64,000 nucleotides of DNA, from the NCBI GenBank assembly GCA_963664225.1, contig OY760937.1:3456001-3520000 (forward strand), given 5' to 3'. This document shows, piece after piece, positions 59,226 through 64,000 of the stretch. Below the pieces are notes generated by a model. It saw nothing but the letters and a program-made list of their open reading frames with translations. It had not been told where the DNA came from and did not search any database. Made by a program: the position numbers and the translations under genes. Origin of the DNA: Verrucomicrobiia bacterium (GTDB lineage Bacteria; Verrucomicrobiota; Verrucomicrobiia; Limisphaerales; UBA1319). Positions within the stretch are counted from its first letter, which is position 1. Each line of letters starts with the position of its first letter.

Positions 59226-62200
59226 TCAATGCTCGACCGCCTTGTAAAAGCGGAGGGGTTGGTTCGTTGCTTCAGGATCGCAATACAGGAGCGATCCTGT
59301 CACAGGTGCATTGGTAAAAAGTGGGACCCAATCGACGAGATTGGTTGAGGCCATGATCACGATGTTTCCATGGCCCGACAATTGGTTCAATTGCGAGGCG
59401 AAGCCATTTTGTGAAAGGGTTGAGGGACCTTTGAACACAGACGCGGAGCGCAGCACTGCAAGGGTTGCCGCCGTGTTTGTGGCGGAACCAAAGGCATTGG
59501 CCGCAATGCAACTGTAATTCCCGGCCGAATCGAGAGATACGCTGGGCAGCACCAACGTGACATTGGTTGCGGCGTCCAGGTTGGTCCCATTGAACTGCCA
59601 TTGATAGCGCATGGGATAAGCCCCCGCCACCCCTGAACGCAGGACCACTTTCGCGCCGGTATAGGCCGTCCGATTCAAGAACGTCCTGACTACCCGTGGC
59701 GCTCCGTCGTTTACCAGAACGGCGGCGTGACGGTATCCAGCGGATAAGGCAACGACATTGCTTAGATTATTCGGAACCAGAGGTGTATAAATGTCATAAT
59801 CGCTTGGCATGAGCGTTCCATCGTTTCCCAGAATAAGCGCGTAATCCGTATTGAATGACAGATAAGAACTCGACGCCGATACCGCCGCAATGCCATCAAA
59901 CCCCTGGAAAGCAGGAAGACCTATGGGTTGAACCGCTCCATCCTCCAGGAGCAACCATGCCGTTGCTCTTCCTGCAGCAAGAGTAGTAATATTGCTCGTT
60001 CCCTGGGCAACGTTCAGTCGAGTGGTGATGCCATTGCTTTGCCAGACAGGTCCATTACCCCACTGAACAACGCTGCCATCCGTTTTTAGCGCAAATCCAT
60101 TGCAGTATCCCGCGGAGATTCCCACCACATTGCTCATTGCCAGTGGAATATTTAACTGGCCGTAGGCGTTATCGCCCCAGCCCACCACTGTCCCATCGCT
60201 CTGTAGCGCAAAGGTATCATTGCCTGAGGCGGCAATCGCGGTCACGTTCGTGAGACCCTCGGGAACCGCCAATTGACTATAAGTATTATCACCCCATGCG
60301 GCCACGGTTCCATCGGATTTCAATGCAACCGTGTGATCGAGTCCCGCGCTGATGAACACAACGTTGCTCAAACCAGGAGTTACGTTGGTCTGCCCATAGC
60401 TGTTTCTGCCCCAACAGAGAATCGTGCCGTCATTGCGCAGTGCGGCCGTATGCGATGTACCTGCTGCGACAGCAATCACATTGCTCACTCCCAGCGGCGT
60501 GGCATAGGGTTGGCCAAACCGATCCCAATATTCCAAAACCACAGAGGAACTGACCTCCAAAATTGCATTGGAGCTGATCGCTGTTCCCTGATCGTTGCTG
60601 ATGCGGACATTGTAACTGCCGGCATTGGTGAATTGCAGGCTGGACAATGCAAGCGTGCTGTTTGTCGCACCCGGGATTTCCACGTCATTATAGCGCCATT
60701 GATATTGGAACGGAATCGAGCCTTTTACGGTGACCGCGAAAGTGGCGTTTCCGTTAATGACGGCTGTCTGGTTCGCGGGCTGTTTGGTGATTGAAGGTGC
60801 GGAGCCGTTGACAACCACCTTCATATTCGAGCTGGTGGCGAAGCCAAAATCATTCGTCACGACAACCGTGTAAATTCCGGCATTGGCGAATTGAACATTA
60901 TTCAAGGCCAGCGCGGCATTGGTGGCGCCGGGAAGGTTGGTTCCACTGAAGGCCCATTGGTAGAAGAGCGGGGGGGTGCCTGTCGCGGTAACCGAGAGCG
61001 TTACATTGTTGCCGGCATTGGTGGAGACATCGCTGGAGTTGGCGGTGATGAGCGCCGCGGTGCCACCCGGGACGATTTGAACCTGATCCAGCCAGGCCGT
61101 GCCACCCGCATAAGCAGCGCGCAGTGGATACAGGCTCCAGGTCAGGATATTGGTGCCTGCGCCCAGGTAATGATTCGCCTTTTTCCAGTCCACCGTGCCA
61201 GTAATTGAATTTTGGATCGTGCCATTGATGCCAAACGCCAGGCTATCCCAGAATGAGTCGCAATTGACCTTCCACCAGAAAGTGATGGTGGCAGGTCCGG
61301 CAACTGTTCCTTGTAGAGTGGTTTGCTGGCTGCCGGTAATGAGACCACTCTGGGCCGCAGAGACTCCGTCGTGTGTGGTGTTGGTCTGTGGAAACCATGG
61401 CACGTTGGTCGTGCTCCAGAGGATTCCGGTTTCATTCACCGAGGCGGCCAGGTCGTTGAGGGTGTAAACCTGAAGCAATGCGTTGGTACTTTGGGTTTTG
61501 CCAAAGGCATTGGTGACGACTAAATAATAATTGCCGCCATCAGAGACCTGAATGTTGGTCCGCGTAAGTGTGGGGCCTGTCTGGCCCTCAAGGGGCGAAC
61601 CATTAAGCATCCATTGATAACTGAGGGGATTTGAACCCACAGCGCCTGCACTGAATGTGGCTTGCCCGCCCACCAAGATCTGGAGATTGCCCGTCTGGGT
61701 GAGGATCGTGGGCGCCGAGGGCGTGACAACTAGAATGGCATTGGTGCTGGTGGCCAAGCCAAAATCATTGGTCACCAGGACACTGTAAGTGGCTGCGTGA
61801 TTGGATTGAACATTGGCAATGGTGTAGGAAGTGCCGGTGGCCTCGGGGATGCTTACCAGATTGGAGTACCATTGGTAGGTCATCGGCGGTGTGCCCACGA
61901 CCGCAACCGTGAAGGTTGCGTTGTTTCCCGCGCCAAGGGTCTGGCTTTTGGGTTGTGTGGAAATAGTGGGGATAGTAGCCCCCGGCGTGAAAATGACCTG
62001 GTCGAGATAGGCCGTGCCGGAGTTAAAGGACCCTGGGGCGCTGGCGTTGACCGCTTTCCATGCCAAGGTATGGCGGCCTGGCGCCAGATAAAAGGTGGGA
62101 TTTCCCCAAATGGAACTGCTGTACTGCCGCAGCGAGGCTTGAGCCACCGCATCGACCAGGAATGTAAAGGTCGCATTCATCGAGTCCGTCCACCAAAAGC

Positions 62201-64000
62201 TGAGAGTACCGGGCCCGTTCACGGTGGTCTGGAGAATCATTGGGACGTTATAGGGCAACGGTCCGACCGCCGCCGCGATTCCATCATGGGTATTGGTGGC
62301 TTGCGCCACCCAGGGGATCTGACTGGAATTCTGCCAGACCAGGTTGGTGGCATCCAGGGCGTCTGCCAGATCCACAATATTCAGAAAAGTGTTGGAGCTT
62401 TTGGTGGTGCCATACTGATTGCTGACGATTAGGGAATAAATGCCCTCGTTGCTGAATTGTGCATTGGTCAGGGTGATGGCCGAATTTGTAGCCCAAGGAA
62501 TAGCGATCCCATTAAACTGCCATTGAAAGGCCATCGGCGGATATCCGCTGACGACAGCTTCAAACGTGGGAGTTGAATTCTGAAAGACCGTGAGGCTTAT
62601 CGGTTGCTCGTCAAAAAACGGAGTCAGATCCGTGACCGTCAGTTGAGCCTCCGCACTGCGCGCCATTCCGAAAACATTGCTCACGACGAGTTGATAAAGG
62701 CCTTCATCCTCCCATTGGATGTTCGGGATTCTCAGGGAGGCGCGAGTGCCGCCGGGCAGATTCGTTCCATTCTTCAACCACTGCCAGGATATGGGCGAGG
62801 CTCCCAGGATGGCCGGGGCAAAGGTGACCTCGCCTTCCAGATAGGCTTTTTGACTGTAGGGTTGGTTGAGAAAAGCGATGGGGCCATAATTGACCATCGC
62901 CATACAGTGATAACCCCCGGCTGATATGGACGAGACGTCGGCCAGCTCGGACGGAACAGTCGATTGGCCATTGTCGTCCAGGCCCCAGACTGCCAGCGTA
63001 CCATCCCATTGCAGGGCCATGCAGTGTGCCGCTCCCGCAGCAATGGCCACCACCTCGCTCAACCCGCCGGGGATGTCCGACTGACCGGATCCGTCATCCC
63101 CCCAGGCGACCACGGTGCCATCCGCCTTGAGTGCAAGGCTGTTCGAATCGCCGGCCGCGATGGCTACCACGTTGCTCAAACCCGCGGGAACATCGATTTG
63201 CCCGGACGAGTTTAGTCCCCAGGCCACCACCGTACCATTTTTCTTCAGGGCGAGACTATGGTATCCGCCTGCTGCGATGGCAGTCACACCCGTCAGATTG
63301 GTTGGAACCATCGCCTGCCCGAAGTTAGGACTGGAACCTTTGGATGCTCCTGCCCCCCATGCCACAACCGTTCCGTTGCTTTGAAGCGCCAGGTTATGAT
63401 ACCCTCCGGCGGCAATGGCGGTCACATTGGTGGCATTCGTTGGCACCTTGGTCACATTATAGGAGGAATAACCCCAGGCTGTGACGATACCATTGCTCCT
63501 TAACGCCAGGCTGTGATACAACCCCGCGGAGATGGCCGTGGCATTGGTCAATGTCGTCGGCACGCTGATCTGTCCGTTGCTGTTATTTCCCCATGCCTTC
63601 ACCCTGCCATCCGGCTGCAAGGCCAGGCTATGGTATCCGCCGCCGGAGACGGCGGATGCATACATATTGGCGGGCACCACGGATTGGTGAAAGTTATTAT
63701 CCCCCGCAGTGTTTCCCTCACCGGCGCCCCATGCAACGACATTCATCACGTTTAGCTGTGCGGGGTCGCTGGTGGTCGTTCCATAATCGTTGGTGACCAT
63801 GACGGTGTAGGTTCCAAGTTGGGCGGACTGAAAATCATGGATGTTTAAACTGGCATTGGTTTCTCCGGAGAGCGGGAAGCCATTATGGAACCATTGATAA
63901 TTCAGGGGCGGTGTTCCAACCGCGTTGGCGCTGAACGTGACGTCTGAAGTCAGGCTGACCGCCTGATTGGTAGGATTCAGAGTGAGGATGGGAGCTGTCC
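59226..64000 (-). CDS. Giant surface protein with RCC1-like repeats and immunoglobulin domains (5' end beyond window)
   Basis: Repeated AIAAGxxHSLAL...GTVVAWG (RCC1-like) and YQW..NG...GxYxVxVxNxxG (Ig); C-terminal ASTNLVDW...FYKA. The frame stays open to the window edge. Confidence 0.9.
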   Translation of the reverse strand, partial: TAPILTLNPTNQAVSLTSDVTFSANAVGTPPLNYQWFHNGFPLSGETNASLNIHDFQSAQLGTYTVMVTNDYGTTTSDPAQLNVMNVVAWGAGEGNTAGDNNFHQSVVPANMYASAVSGGGYHSLALQPDGRVKAWGNNSNGQISVPTTLTNATAISAGLYHSLALRSNGIVTAWGYSSYNVTKVPTNATNVTAIAAGGYHNLALQSNGTVVAWGAGASKGSSPNFGQAMVPTNLTGVTAIAAGGYHSLALKKNGTVVAWGLNSSGQIDVPAGLSNVVAIAAGDSNSLALKADGTVVAWGDDGSGQSDIPGGLSEVVAIAAGAAHCMALQWDGTLAVWGLDDNGQSTVPSELADVSSISAGGYHCMAMVNYGPIAFLNQPYSQKAYLEGEVTFAPAILGASPISWQWLKNGTNLPGGTRASLRIPNIQWEDEGLYQLVVSNVFGMARSAEAQLTVTDLTPFFDEQPISLTVFQNSTPTFEAVVSGYPPMAFQWQFNGIAIPWATNSAITLTNAQFSNEGIYSLIVSNQYGTTKSSNTFLNIVDLADALDATNLVWQNSSQIPWVAQATNTHDGIAAAVGPLPYNVPMILQTTVNGPGTLSFWWTDSMNATFTFLVDAVAQASLRQYSSSIWGNPTFYLAPGRHTLAWKAVNASAPGSFNSGTAYLDQVIFTPGATIPTISTQPKSQTLGAGNNATFTVAVVGTPPMTYQWYSNLVSIPEATGTSYTIANVQSNHAATYSVLVTNDFGLATSTNAILVVTPSAPTILTQTGNLQILVGGQATFSAGAVGSNPLSYQWMLNGSPLEGQTGPTLTRTNIQVSDGGNYYLVVTNAFGKTQSTNALLQVYTLNDLAASVNETGILWSTTNVPWFPQTNTTHDGVSAAQSGLITGSQQTTLQGTVAGPATITFWWKVNCDSFWDSLAFGINGTIQNSITGTVDWKKANHYLGAGTNILTWSLYPLRAAYAGGTAWLDQVQIVPGGTAALITANSSDVSTNAGNNVTLSVTATGTPPLFYQWAFSGTNLPGATNAALALNNVQFANAGIYTVVVTNDFGFATSSNMKVVVNGSAPSITKQPANQTAVINGNATFAVTVKGSIPFQYQWRYNDVEIPGATNSTLALSSLQFTNAGSYNVRISNDQGTAISSNAILEVSSSVVLEYWDRFGQPYATPLGVSNVIAVAAGTSHTAALRNDGTILCWGRNSYGQTNVTPGLSNVVFISAGLDHTVALKSDGTVAAWGDNTYSQLAVPEGLTNVTAIAASGNDTFALQSDGTVVGWGDNAYGQLNIPLAMSNVVGISAGYCNGFALKTDGSVVQWGNGPVWQSNGITTRLNVAQGTSNITTLAAGRATAWLLLEDGAVQPIGLPAFQGFDGIAAVSASSSYLSFNTDYALILGNDGTLMPSDYDIYTPLVPNNLSNVVALSAGYRHAAVLVNDGAPRVVRTFLNRTAYTGAKVVLRSGVAGAYPMRYQWQFNGTNLDAATNVTLVLPSVSLDSAGNYSCIAANAFGSATNTAATLAVLRSASVFKGPSTLSQNGFASQLNQLSGHGNIVIMASTNLVDWVPLFTNAPVTGSLLYCDPEATNQPLRFYKAVEH

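Noticed and set aside
57529..59652. Diversity-generating retroelement template/variable repeat pair
   Set aside because: No reverse transcriptase in the window, and mismatches between copies are not confined to adenines.

Overview
GC-rich bacterial window whose gene style (DUF1559/H-X9-DG pilin-like proteins, ECF sigma factors with long C-terminal extensions, giant Ig/RCC1/Calx-beta surface proteins, REP mosaics) suggests Verrucomicrobiota of the Pedosphaera/Limisphaera type; this assignment is inference. Housekeeping and metabolic genes include the xerD 3' end, purB, an M29 aminopeptidase, an Smr protein, murJ, OsmC, a PilB/GspE ATPase, GH5, GH78 and GH32 hydrolases, a UDP-L-FucNAc (fnlABC-like) cluster, a tetraheme cytochrome c-NrfC-NrfD redox module and a metal-uptake operon. 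The most striking element is a 1197-bp IS110 (31118-32314) inserted at a CT core inside a GTAG-type REP hairpin. Its 5' non-coding end folds like a bridge RNA, with loops matching both the REP target (TACGGCAG = reverse complement of CTGCCGTA) and the element's own circle junction, and an empty copy of the target lies 1775 bp downstream. Other notable features are a DUF2946-like CxxC/RGPP leader peptide before the metal operon, integron-cassette-like genes with an attC site but no integrase in the window, an orphan phage-type repressor/excisionase switch, tandemly amplified REP mosaics, and duplicated gene ends around a PIN toxin-antitoxin pair between two convergent giant genes. No rRNA, tRNA or CRISPR array was recognised. 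All calls were made by eye, without database searches.
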